Source of the DNA: an uncultured delta proteobacterium
Lineage (GTDB): Bacteria; Myxococcota; Myxococcia; Myxococcales; Myxococcaceae
Assembly (NCBI GenBank): GCA_963776345.1
Contig: CAVZMH010000017.1
Span: 32,001-96,000, forward strand
Length of the DNA: 64,000 nt
Direction: 5' to 3'
Shown here: in pieces, positions 41,691 through 51,130 of the stretch
Layout of the letters: each line of letters opens with the position of its first letter
Numbering within the stretch: position 1 is the first letter of the stretch
The notes under the pieces: model-generated
Told to the model about the DNA's origin: nothing
Seen by the model: the letters and a program-made list of their open reading frames with translations, nothing else
Database searches by the model: none
Made by a program: the position numbers and the translations under genes

Positions 41691-42638
41691 ATGAGCAACG
41701 AGCCCTGCAGGGTGCGCACGGGGGTGCCGGCGGCGATGCTGCTCTTCCTGGGCGCCGCGTGCGCGCACGCCCCGGGTCCGTCCGCCGGCGGGACCATCGC
41801 CCAGGTGAACGTGATCCCGGACTTCCTCGCGGCGTGGGACTCGGTCCGCACGGCGCCGCGGGCCGAGCAGGTGGCGCGCACGCGGCAGGCGCTCCTGGCC
41901 TCGCATCCGGAGCTGTTCGGTCCCGAGGTCTTCGGTCCGGTGAACGCGCTCGACCGAAGGCTGGAGATGCTGCTGGTGGAGATGCCGCGGCTCGAGCCGA
42001 AGCTCCGGGCGCTCTCCGAGCGGATGCCCGGCGAGCTGGAGCGCAGCGCGCGGCGCTTCCTGGACGAGTTCCCCGAGCTGGACTGGGCGGGGCCCGGAGC
42101 GCTGAGCCTTTCTATGAGTCAGTTCGAGGCGGTGTGGAGGACGGTGGCCGGCCGGCGCACGCTGGTGCTGGGGCTGGACGCCATCGCCTTCTACCGGGGG
42201 CCGTACGCGCCGGTGGACCCGGTCGTCCATCACGCCCTGGCCTCCGCCCTCCTCCCCGGCTGGAAGGGATCCGGTCCCGCGCCCCTGTGGTGGGCGGTGT
42301 GGGAGGAGGGCTTCCCGCTCGCCGCCGTCCGCACCATGGACCCCGGCGCGAGCGACGCGGATCTCCGGCTGCCGGAGCAGGGCCGCGACCCGGCGTACCT
42401 CGCCGCGCTGGCCCGGCGCGTCCGGGGCGCGCTCGACTCGACGCGCGAGGCGGACCGGGGCGCCGTGACCGGTGCATCCAGCGGGGCGACGGCCGGTGCA
42501 GGCCGCTGGCTCGCGCTCCGGGTCGGGCAGCAAGTCCTGGCCGGGCGCTCGCTCCACGACGCCGCACGACTCGGCGGCCCGCAGCTGCGCGCGGCCATCG
42601 ACGCCGCCCTCGCCGCGCTGGAGCGCCCCGGCAGCTGA
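41691..42638 (+). CDS. Hypothetical lipoprotein, possibly a degenerate zincin-like fold
   Basis: 'LFLGAAC' lipobox, 'LVLGLD', 'VVHHAL' (HExxH degenerate), 'LWWAVWEEG'. Confidence 0.6.
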   Translation: MSNEPCRVRTGVPAAMLLFLGAACAHAPGPSAGGTIAQVNVIPDFLAAWDSVRTAPRAEQVARTRQALLASHPELFGPEVFGPVNALDRRLEMLLVEMPRLEPKLRALSERMPGELERSARRFLDEFPELDWAGPGALSLSMSQFEAVWRTVAGRRTLVLGLDAIAFYRGPYAPVDPVVHHALASALLPGWKGSGPAPLWWAVWEEGFPLAAVRTMDPGASDADLRLPEQGRDPAYLAALARRVRGALDSTREADRGAVTGASSGATAGAGRWLALRVGQQVLAGRSLHDAARLGGPQLRAAIDAALAALERPGS

Positions 42639-42927
42639 CCGACGGTCGACGGTTGCCCAGGACTGAGACGGGCGGGCCAGGCTCGCGCGCGCTGGCGAGG
42701 GATGTGAAGACCTGGCTCGCCGGTCAGCATCCGTCACCCACGGACCCGGAACCTCGGCGCGAGGCCTCGCCGGGCCCCTGACCTCCGGCGGAGGGACGCA
42801 TCGCCGGACGTTCCCGGGGCGACCACGGGGCGAGCGCTCCTCACGGCTTGGCGCGCTCCGGACCACCGTGTTAACGCCCCTGCCCCGCCGAGGGAGGAGC
42901 CGAAAGAACGCCGTGGGCAACGCCGGG

Positions 42928-43851
42928 ATGTCACTCTTGCGCTTCACCTTCCTCGGCACGTCGGCCGCCCAGCCGACGATCCACCGGAACCTGTCCGGCA
43001 TGGCAGTGAAGGCCGACTCGGACCTCCTGCTCTTCGACTGCGGCGAGGGAAGCCAGCGGCAGATGATCCGCTACGGCACCGGCTTCTCGGTGGACGCGGT
43101 CTTCTTCACCCACTTCCACGCCGACCACTACCTGGGGATCATCGGCTTCTTGCGCACCCTGGGGATGATGGGCCGCGAGGAGAAGCTGGTGCTCCACGGC
43201 CCGGCGCCGGCGAAGCGGCTCCTGAACCAGGCGGTGCACCTCGGCGTGGACCAGCTCGGGTTCCCGCTGGAGATCATCGAGCTGAAGGACGGCGACCGCA
43301 TCCAGCGGCACGGCTACTCGGTCCGCGCGGTCGGGGTGCAGCACCGCATCAACGCCCTCGGCTTCGTGCTCGAGGAAGACGTCCGGGCAGGCCGCTTCCA
43401 CCTCGAGCGCGCCCGGGCGCTGGGCGTGCGGGAGGGGCCGGACTTCGGCCGGCTGCAGCGGGGCGAGTCGGTGGTCGCGCTCGACGGGAAGACGGTGACG
43501 CCGGCGGACGTGATGGGGCCCACCCGGCCCGGGCGGAAGCTGGTGCTCTCGGGAGACACCCGCCCCTGCGAGGCGATGGCCGAGGCCGCGCACCAGGCGG
43601 ACATCCTCATCCACGAGTCGACCTTCTCCGACGACGACCAGGCCCGGGCGCTGGAGACCAGGCACTCGACGGCGCGGGAGGCGGGGCGCATCGCGCACCA
43701 GGCGGGCGCGCACCGGCTCATCCTCACCCACCTCAGCTCGCGGTACGACACCGACTTCGGGCGGCTCCTGACCCAGGCGCGAGAGGAGTACGCGGGCCCG
43801 GTGGAGGTCGCCCACGACGGCCTCACCGTGGACATCCCGGTCCGCGAGTGA
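42928..43851 (+). CDS. rnz: Ribonuclease Z
   Basis: 'FLGTSAAQPT', 'DCGEGSQRQ', 'THFHADH', GP exosite, 'SGDTRP', 'HESTF', 'HST', 'THLSSRY'. Confidence 0.95.
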   Translation: MSLLRFTFLGTSAAQPTIHRNLSGMAVKADSDLLLFDCGEGSQRQMIRYGTGFSVDAVFFTHFHADHYLGIIGFLRTLGMMGREEKLVLHGPAPAKRLLNQAVHLGVDQLGFPLEIIELKDGDRIQRHGYSVRAVGVQHRINALGFVLEEDVRAGRFHLERARALGVREGPDFGRLQRGESVVALDGKTVTPADVMGPTRPGRKLVLSGDTRPCEAMAEAAHQADILIHESTFSDDDQARALETRHSTAREAGRIAHQAGAHRLILTHLSSRYDTDFGRLLTQAREEYAGPVEVAHDGLTVDIPVRE

Positions 43852-44169
43852 CCCACGCGCGGATGGTGCATTCGTACCGCGCAACCCGGCTCGGCTGACT
43901 GCGTCCAGGGGGGACGGTAGGGCATCGGACCGGGCCTCGGTCGAGGCGACGGGACCGACACCTCCCTCGCCGCCTCGCCCCATCCGATGCCCGCCGATCG
44001 CCCGTGGTGTCTGCGACAGTGTGCTTCCCCGCTCGCCTGCGGGAGAGCGGGGGTCCTGGCGCCCTCGGCCAGCGCGTCCGTCGCGCGCGGCGCAACACGC
44101 TCCGGGCAATCCGATGCACGGGTGCAACTGCGTGGACGCGCAAGGCCGCGGCTCCACTGGGGGATGCGC

Positions 44170-44187
44170 CTGGCAGGACCCGTGCAA
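44170..44187 (+). promoter_or_regulatory. sigma54-like promoter
   Basis: CTGGCAGGACCCGTGCAA (TGGCA..., GG-N10-GC), about 55 nt before ATG 44243. Confidence 0.5.
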
Positions 44188-44242
44188 TTGCTGCTGCTCG
44201 TTCCGCCCGACTCCTCGCGGCGGGAACCTGGGAGGTTCTGTC

Positions 44243-44681
44243 ATGCGTCGCACGATCCTGTTCGCATTCTTCCTTCTCGCCGCCTGTGGCGGCGGAGTTC
44301 GCAGCACCACCGATGCGGTGAAGCCGTCCGCCGACCTCAGGGCAGAAGCGTCAGGGGTTCCTGCTCACGGCCGACGCGCAGACCGTGATCGCCGCTTTCG
44401 CCAAGTCGTCCAGCCAGGACGCGATCGACACCTGCCTGAACGCCTGGGTCGAGGACGTCGGCGGGCCTGCGCTCCCGAACGCGCCCATCGCCAAGCCGGA
44501 AGTCGCCGGGTTCCGCGTGTTCCTGTCCGACTGCCTGGGGGTTGCGGTGCCCGGTGACCTCCGTGCGTCGCCCGCCAACGCGCGCGTGAGCACCATCCAC
44601 GACGTGCGCGCCGCGCCGACCCGGGGGAACTCCGGATCAGCGACGCCCGGTAATTCCCTGCTCGAGTCCAGGTCCCGGTAG
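44243..44681 (+). CDS. Small hypothetical lipoprotein with an apparent +1 frameshift (G run near 44355)
   Basis: GGAGG RBS and 'MRRTILFAFFLLAAC' lipobox. Joins the 44385..44681 ORF if one G is removed. Confidence 0.55.
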
Positions 44682-44698
44682 CATCGAGGGCCGCTTCC

Positions 44699-46999
44699 AT
44701 GGCGGCCCTCCGCGTTTCATGGCCCTGGGCGCTGGCCCTGGCAACGGCGTCGACGGTGGTGGCGCTGACCGCAGGCCGGCTGCCGGGCCTTCGCAACGCC
44801 GAGGACGCCGCCTACGACCTGCGCCTCACCACCTTCTCGCCGCCGCCCGCGCGGGAGAAGAACCTGATCGTGCTCGGCGTCGACGATGCCACCGTGCAGG
44901 GGCTCCGGGCCAACGAGAGCTACGCGCGAGCCTGGGGCAACTGGCCCTACTCCCGCTCGCTCTGGGCGCGGGTGCTGACCCACCTGGAAGCGATGGGTGC
45001 CCGGGCGGTGGTGCTCGACTTCACCATGGACGAGCAGAGCACCGACCGCGGACAGGACGCGCTCCTCCGCGAGGCCATCGCCCAGCTGCACATCCCGGTC
45101 GCGGTCGGCTACGCGGTGAACGTCCCCTCCCAGAACGGCGAGCCGCTCCCCCGGGTGACCCCGCAGAACTGGACGGTGCAGCACCGGGCGCCCCGCGCGC
45201 GGATGAAGCCCTCCGCCGACGACCCGTTCGCTCCTCCCGAGGGAACCGAGGCGCCGGCAACGCCGGAGCTGGTGGCGAGCGTGCTGTCCTTTCCGGTGCG
45301 CTCGGAACGACCGCTCCCCGACCTTTCGGTGGACCTGCCGGGCGCGCCGAGGACCATGCGCCATCCCGTGCCCCCGGTGGCCCCGCTGCTCGACGTGGTC
45401 CCGGCGCTGGGACTGGTCTATCCGGAGCCGGACGCGGACGGGAAGCTGCGCCGGACCCGCTTCGCGTACACCGACGGGACCAACCAGTACGTCACGCTCT
45501 CGGTGGCGATCGCCGCGGACCTGCTCGAGGCGGACGCGCTGGTCCTCTCCCCGGGGAGGCTGCAGCTCGGCGCCCGCACCCTGGCCATCGACGACGACGG
45601 GAGCGCCGCGCTCGACTACCAGGGCACGCTCCAGCAGCGCTTCGACGCTCGCAGCCTCATCGCGGTGGTGGACGACTCGGTCCGACGCGAGCACGGCGCG
45701 GCGCCACACCTCGGACCGGAGTTCTTCCGCGGCAAGGTCGTCCTCGTCGCCGGCTTCGCGGTGGGCACCTTCGACATGAAGGCCACGCCGTTCGACAACG
45801 CCACCGTGGGCGTGGTGAAGCCCGCCACCGAGCTGGCCGCGCTCCTCGGCGGCCGGTTCATCACCCGCGCTCCGGGGGCGGTGACCGCGCTGCTCGCGCT
45901 CCTCTTCGCGCTCGGCTCGGCGCTGCTCATCCTCGGCGCGCGGAACGTCTGGGTGGAGGGCCTCTGGCCGCTCGCCGCGCCGGTGCTCCTGTTCGTCGGC
46001 ACGGGGTGGCTCCTGGTCCTGGCAAAGACGCACCTGGCGCTGGTGGTCCCGGCGCTGGCGGTCTCCATCGCCAACCTGGCCGCGGTGGCGGTGAACCACC
46101 TCTTCGCCGACCGGGAGCGCGCCCGGGTGAAGGCGATGTTCAGCCGGTACCTGTCGCCCCAGGTGGTGGAGCAGCTGGTCGCCCAGCCGGAGCTGCCGCG
46201 GCTCGCCGGGGAGCAGCTCGAGGTCACCGCCTTCTTCTCCGACATCAAGGGCTTCAGCACCTTCAGCGAGCGCTTCGCCCAGGACCCCCAGGGGCTGGTC
46301 CGGGTGCTGAACACGTACCTCACGCGGGTGAGCGGGGTGCTGCTCCAGCACGGGGCCTGCCTCGACAAGTACATCGGCGACGCCGTGGTCTGCATCTTCG
46401 GGGCGCCGCTCCGGATGGACGACCACGCGGTCCGGGCCTGCGCCGCGGCGCTCGACGTCCAGGCCGAGGTGGAACGGATCCGCGCCGAGTTCGCCGCCCA
46501 GGGGCTCCCGGACGTCTACACCCGGGTGGGGCTGAACACGGCGGTGATGTTCGTCGGCAACTTCGGGAGCGAGCAGCTCTTCAACTACACCGCGATGGGC
46601 GACGGGATGAACCTCGCCTCGCGGCTCGAGGGGGCGAACAAGCCGTACGGCTCGCGCATCCTCGTCGGCCCGCGGACCCAGGGGCTGGTGTCGCACGCCT
46701 TCGAGACCCGGGAGCTGGACCGGGTGCGGGTGGCCGGCAAGCACGAGGCGGTCGCCATCCACGAGCTGCTCTGCCGCAAGGGCGAGCTCTCACCCCGGAA
46801 GCAGGAGGTCTGCGTGCTGTACGCCGAGGGGCTGGCCCTGTGGCGGACCGCCCGGTTCTCCGAGGCGCGCGCCCTCTTCGCCCAGGCGGTCGCGGTGGAC
46901 CCGGACGACGCGCCTTCCCGAGCCCTGCTGGCGCGGTGCGACAGGCACGCGGCGTCGCCCCCTGCCGCTTTCGATGGAGTCGTCGACCTGGACAAGTAG
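44699..46999 (+). CDS. CHASE2-sensor class III adenylate cyclase with C-terminal TPR-like tail
   Basis: 'GNWPYSR', 'DADGKLRR', three TMs, 'FSDIKGFS', 'DKYIGD', 'YTAMGD.MNLASRLE' (Lys/Thr specificity residues indicate ATP). Confidence 0.92.
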   Translation: MAALRVSWPWALALATASTVVALTAGRLPGLRNAEDAAYDLRLTTFSPPPAREKNLIVLGVDDATVQGLRANESYARAWGNWPYSRSLWARVLTHLEAMGARAVVLDFTMDEQSTDRGQDALLREAIAQLHIPVAVGYAVNVPSQNGEPLPRVTPQNWTVQHRAPRARMKPSADDPFAPPEGTEAPATPELVASVLSFPVRSERPLPDLSVDLPGAPRTMRHPVPPVAPLLDVVPALGLVYPEPDADGKLRRTRFAYTDGTNQYVTLSVAIAADLLEADALVLSPGRLQLGARTLAIDDDGSAALDYQGTLQQRFDARSLIAVVDDSVRREHGAAPHLGPEFFRGKVVLVAGFAVGTFDMKATPFDNATVGVVKPATELAALLGGRFITRAPGAVTALLALLFALGSALLILGARNVWVEGLWPLAAPVLLFVGTGWLLVLAKTHLALVVPALAVSIANLAAVAVNHLFADRERARVKAMFSRYLSPQVVEQLVAQPELPRLAGEQLEVTAFFSDIKGFSTFSERFAQDPQGLVRVLNTYLTRVSGVLLQHGACLDKYIGDAVVCIFGAPLRMDDHAVRACAAALDVQAEVERIRAEFAAQGLPDVYTRVGLNTAVMFVGNFGSEQLFNYTAMGDGMNLASRLEGANKPYGSRILVGPRTQGLVSHAFETRELDRVRVAGKHEAVAIHELLCRKGELSPRKQEVCVLYAEGLALWRTARFSEARALFAQAVAVDPDDAPSRALLARCDRHAASPPAAFDGVVDLDK

Positions 47000-47026
47000 A
47001 CTCTCGCGCTCCTGGAGGGCTTTCCG

Positions 47027-47551
47027 ATGCGACAGGCAGCAACGGTGCTCGCGTTCGTCCTGGTGGCGGGCGCGGCATGGGCGCTCGCCCCGGGAGACCG
47101 GGTCTTCGTCCGTGGGCGCGACGTGGCCGTGCTCCAGAGCGCCGCGGCCAATGCGCCGACCCTGGCCAAGCTCCAGCCCGGCGACGCCGTGGTGTGGCGC
47201 GGGGCGGACAAGAAGAAGCCGACCTGGCACCGGGTGGAGGCCAGGGGGAAGAGCGGGTTCGTCTACTTCGCGAACCTCTCGGTGACCCCGCCGGCCTCCG
47301 AGCTGCTCGCCTCGCCGGAGGGAGCGAAGAAGGTGGATGCCCAGGCCTTCGCCAGCTCCGGCGCGGCGGGCAAGGCGCTCACCGACGGCGCCATCCGCTA
47401 CGGCAGCCAGGACGAGAAGAACAGGGGCGAGCTCCGGCCCACGATGAAGGAGGCAGTCCGGCAGACCCAGACGCTGGAGGCCATCGCCGCGCAGCGGACC
47501 GACGACGAGCTCGCCGCGCACGCGGCGAAGGTCGCGGGAGAGCAGCAGTGA
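47027..47551 (+). CDS. Secreted bacterial SH3-domain protein
   Basis: Signal peptide, 'AKLQPGDAV', 'WHRVEA.GKSGFVY', 'SSGAAGKAL'. Confidence 0.75.
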   Translation: MRQAATVLAFVLVAGAAWALAPGDRVFVRGRDVAVLQSAAANAPTLAKLQPGDAVVWRGADKKKPTWHRVEARGKSGFVYFANLSVTPPASELLASPEGAKKVDAQAFASSGAAGKALTDGAIRYGSQDEKNRGELRPTMKEAVRQTQTLEAIAAQRTDDELAAHAAKVAGEQQ

Positions 47552-48630
47552 GGCGCCTGCTCCTCTCGCTCGGCGCCCTGGCCCTGGTGGCGTGCAGCGC
47601 CGCCGCGGGCATCATGAGGGGCGACACCAGCTCCATCGTCAGCGGGCTCGCCGACTCGACGACCACCGTCGTGGGCCTGACCCAGGACCTCTCCAAGTGC
47701 GACCAGATTGGCGCGGCCGACGTCCCCTTCGACGAGGAGCGGACCATCGGAGGCGCTGTGGCGCTCAACTGGGTCCAGCAGGGTGGCGGGCTCCTGGTGG
47801 ACGTGCCCACCGGGGACACCGGCGCGCTCGCCGACCCGAAGAAGCTCCCCGTCCAGGAGACGCCCCACAACCAGCTCGCGCGCTACCTGAACGTGGTGGG
47901 GAAGAACCTCGCCGCGCGCTCCACGCGGCCCACCCTCCAGTGGACGTTCGGGGTGCTGGACTCCGAGGTGGTGAACGCCATCTCGGCGCCGGGCGGCTAC
48001 GTCTTCGTCACCCGGGGTCTGCTGCGCCGGGTGAACAACGAGGCGGCGCTGGCGGGCATCCTCTCGCACGAGATCGCCCACGTGACGCGCAAGGACGCCT
48101 TCGCCATCTACCAGAAGACCAAGGTCGACCAGTGCAAGAGCCTGGCGTACGCCAAGGCCGGGCAGAACGAGGGCGCCGCGGTGCTGCGGAGCTACTCCCC
48201 GGCGTTCATCAACCAGGCGTACTCCGCGCTCCAGGCGTTCAGCGGGGGGCGGCTGGACCTGAACGCCGCCGCCAACTCGGCGCTGCTGACGCTGTTCAGC
48301 GACGAGTTCGTCCACCGCTACCTCGAGGGTGGCTATGCGCGCGACCAGGAGATCCAGGCGGACGCGACGGGGCTCGAGCTCGCCGTGGTCTCCGGGTACA
48401 GCCCGCGGGGGTTCGTGGACTTCGTCGGCGCGCTCCCTCCGGGCCCGAACTTTTTCGCCCACCACCCGCCTCCGAGCGACCGGGTCGCGTCGATGAGGCT
48501 GCTCCTGGGAAAGGCGCGGCTCTCGAGCGCGACCTCCGGCACGGCGAGCACGCCGTTCTCGCCGTTCAGCCAGGACCTCGGGCAGCTGCCGGTGGTGCCG
48601 CTGAAGGATGAGCTGGCCGCGGCGCGCTGA
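47548..48630 (+). CDS. M48 family metallopeptidase lipoprotein
   Basis: Lipobox LVAC, 'VNAISAPGGYVFVTRGL', 'LAGILSHEIAHV', 'QEIQAD', 'HP...DR'. Confidence 0.9.
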   Translation: MRRLLLSLGALALVACSAAAGIMRGDTSSIVSGLADSTTTVVGLTQDLSKCDQIGAADVPFDEERTIGGAVALNWVQQGGGLLVDVPTGDTGALADPKKLPVQETPHNQLARYLNVVGKNLAARSTRPTLQWTFGVLDSEVVNAISAPGGYVFVTRGLLRRVNNEAALAGILSHEIAHVTRKDAFAIYQKTKVDQCKSLAYAKAGQNEGAAVLRSYSPAFINQAYSALQAFSGGRLDLNAAANSALLTLFSDEFVHRYLEGGYARDQEIQADATGLELAVVSGYSPRGFVDFVGALPPGPNFFAHHPPPSDRVASMRLLLGKARLSSATSGTASTPFSPFSQDLGQLPVVPLKDELAAAR

Positions 48631-48720
48631 CGCCCTCCGGGAAGCGGCAGCCGGTCCTCGGGCCCGATGGACGCTTCGAGCAGGACCCCCAGCAGGCGAG
48701 TCGCCATGCGCCCGCCCCCA

Positions 48721-48739
48721 GAGGTGTCAGACACCTCGT
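48721..48739 (+). repeat. REP-like palindromic unit (fourth copy)
   Basis: GAGGTGTCAGACACCTCGT between convergent genes. Confidence 0.65.
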
Positions 48740-48884
48740 GGTGAGGACACGACGGAGGTGACCCGGGACGGGCGTCTCCGGCTGAGCAGGCGAGCAGACG
48801 AGCGCCCCTCCGCTTATGACGTCCTGCGTCAGCGGTGGAGAGCCCGGGCCCGGTGCGAGCGGCGTGGCTGCGTCCGCCCTCCGC

Positions 48885-50147
48885 TCAGCGGCGCGCGGCC
48901 TCGGTGAGCGCGCGGTGCACCGACTCGAGCGCCTTCCGGGCCTCGAGCAGCTCGGCGCGCTCGGCGGTGAGGTCCGCCACCTGGCGGGCCAGGGTGTCGC
49001 GCTCGGCGCTCAGCACCTCGACGCTGCGCCGGAGCTGGGCCGTGTCGTCGCGGAAGCGCTCCAGCTCTCCGGCGAGACGCTCCTCCTCGGAGAGGCTGTC
49101 GGCCAGGTCGGCGTCCTTCTTCGCCAGGAGCCCGGACAGCCGCTCTCGCTCCTCGCGCTCGGCGGCCGCCTGCGCCCGCGCGTCCTGGACCGCGAGCAGC
49201 GCCTCGTCGCGCTCACCCTCCACCGACTGCAGCTCGCGCTCGAGCTCCGAGAGGAGACCGGCGCGCTCGACCATCTGGGCGGCGAGCCGGCGGGCCTCCT
49301 CGACCCGGCCGCGGGCCTCCTCGGTGGCGCGCTCGGCGGCACGCCGGGCGACGTCCAGGTCGTGCTGGAGCGCGGCGTTGTGCTGCTTCACCGCGGTCAG
49401 CTCGGTCTGGAGCTGGGCGATGCGCTCGACCGCGAGCACGCCGGCGGCGGCCACGCTGGTGGGCAGCGGCTCGGGGCGCGGATGCTCGCGCACGGTCCGG
49501 AGCCGCTCGCGGAGCCGCTCCCGGCGGGCGACGGTGTCGTCCGGAGCGGGCGCGGGGTCCGCCCCGGCGCGCCGGGACACGGGCTGGCCGACCGCGGGCG
49601 GCGAGACCGGTGCGACGAGCGTCTCGGAGCGGCCCGGCGCCGCGGGAGCACGGCTGCCGGCAGCCGCGGCTGGAACCGGTGAGGTGGCGCGCGAGGGCGC
49701 GCGGGCCGACGGAGCAGAAGGCGGCGAGGACACGGCGGCAGCGCGCGACGCCGGACGCGACTCGGGCCCTGGCGCGCGACCAGCGCCAGGTCCCGGGCCG
49801 GACACCACCGTCGAGCCTGCGGGCATCGACCCGTGCGCGGTGGCGCCGCGCGAACGCGTCCCGACCGCCACGGTGACCCGCTCCTCCTCCAGGGCGCCCT
49901 CGGCCGCGGCCGCCTCGCGCAGCGTCGCCTCCACCCGGCTCCGGGTCGAGAGCTCCTCGGCTGCCTCGCCCGCGGTGGGCGCCTCCAGCTCGGCCGCGCC
50001 CTGCTGCCCCGCCACCTGGGCCGCGACCTCGTAGACCCAGGCCTCCTCGGCGGAGCGCGCCTCGGTGGCCGCCGGCTCGGGCGGAGAACCGCCGAGCTTG
50101 AGCCTCGGCTTGGCGCGGGACACGTTCTGGTCGAAGGCTTTCTTCAT
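48885..50147 (-). CDS. pomX: Cell division positioning protein PomX
   Basis: N-terminal 'MKKAFDQNVSRAKPRLKLG' ATPase-activating peptide, Pro/Ala-rich disordered region, C-terminal coiled coil; downstream of a ParA ATPase. Confidence 0.9.
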   Translation of the reverse strand: MKKAFDQNVSRAKPRLKLGGSPPEPAATEARSAEEAWVYEVAAQVAGQQGAAELEAPTAGEAAEELSTRSRVEATLREAAAAEGALEEERVTVAVGTRSRGATAHGSMPAGSTVVSGPGPGAGRAPGPESRPASRAAAVSSPPSAPSARAPSRATSPVPAAAAGSRAPAAPGRSETLVAPVSPPAVGQPVSRRAGADPAPAPDDTVARRERLRERLRTVREHPRPEPLPTSVAAAGVLAVERIAQLQTELTAVKQHNAALQHDLDVARRAAERATEEARGRVEEARRLAAQMVERAGLLSELERELQSVEGERDEALLAVQDARAQAAAEREERERLSGLLAKKDADLADSLSEEERLAGELERFRDDTAQLRRSVEVLSAERDTLARQVADLTAERAELLEARKALESVHRALTEAARR

Positions 50148-50156
50148 CCGGTCTCC

Positions 50157-51110
50157 CTACCCCGCGCGCGCGTCGGTCGCGGCGCGTGCCCGTGACTGCT
50201 CCAGCCGGTGCAGCACTTCCCTCAGGAACGCATCCACGTCGTGAGCACCCTTCGAGTCCCGTTGGGCGATGAACACCGGCACACCCTCGCTGGAGGCCTG
50301 GGCGAACTTGGTGCACTGCCGCACGAGCGTGGTCAGGAGGTATTCCGGGTAGTGCTCGCGCAGGGCGGCCAGGGCCTCCTTGGCCAGCTTGAAGGTCTGG
50401 TTGTACGCGTTGACCACGATGAACACGTGGTCGAGCACGTGGTTCAGGTCCTCCTCGAGGCTCTGCACCGTCTCGAAGAGCAGCTTCAGCCCGTGGAAGG
50501 AGAGGAAGTCCGGCAGCACCGGGACAATCAGGTCCTGCGCCGCCATCAGCGCGTTCAGGTTCAGGAGCCCGAACGACGGCGGCGCGTCGAAGACCACCAC
50601 GTCGTAGCGGTCCTGGATCTCCTCCACCGCCTTGCGCAGCTTGAACTCCCGGCCGGCCATCGGCATGAGCGCCAGGTCCACCGTGCTCATCCCCAGGTTG
50701 CTGGGCACGAAGTCCAGGTTGGGGAGCGGGGTGTGCTGGATGGCCTCGGAGAGCGGCACCTTGCGGACCAGCACGTGGAGCAGCGTCTTCTCGAAGTCCT
50801 CGCCCTCGTAGCCCAGGCACTTGGTGGCGTGGCCCTGGCTGTCGAGGTCCACGAGGAGCACGGAGTAGCCGAGCTCGGCCAGCCGGTAGGCGTAGGAGGT
50901 GGACAGCGAGGTCTTTCCCGTGCCGCCCTTGAAGTTCAGGAAGAGCTGCTTCCGCCGTCCCAGCGGAGGCGGGTAGAGGCGCAGCGCCTTGCGGAGCGCC
51001 CACAGGTCCTGCCCCGAGTAGCTCTCCTGCTCCAGCGCGGAGCGGAGCGACTTGGGCGAGATGCCGAGCAGCTCGGCGGTCGTCTTGGGGGTGTAGATGG
51101 GTAGCTCCAT
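50157..51110 (-). CDS. pomZ: ParA/MinD ATPase PomZ (AgmE)
   Basis: Deviant Walker A 'KGGTGKTS', 'DLDSQG', 'DAPPS'; N-terminal HTH-like extension; pomY-pomZ-pomX order. Confidence 0.92.
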   Translation of the reverse strand: MELPIYTPKTTAELLGISPKSLRSALEQESYSGQDLWALRKALRLYPPPLGRRKQLFLNFKGGTGKTSLSTSYAYRLAELGYSVLLVDLDSQGHATKCLGYEGEDFEKTLLHVLVRKVPLSEAIQHTPLPNLDFVPSNLGMSTVDLALMPMAGREFKLRKAVEEIQDRYDVVVFDAPPSFGLLNLNALMAAQDLIVPVLPDFLSFHGLKLLFETVQSLEEDLNHVLDHVFIVVNAYNQTFKLAKEALAALREHYPEYLLTTLVRQCTKFAQASSEGVPVFIAQRDSKGAHDVDAFLREVLHRLEQSRARAATDARAG

Positions 51111-51130
51111 CCGGTCAGTCCTCGTGCTCG

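Noticed and set aside
50157..51110. Plasmid or chromosome partition ParA
   Set aside because: No parB or parS seen; flanking genes match pomX and pomY.
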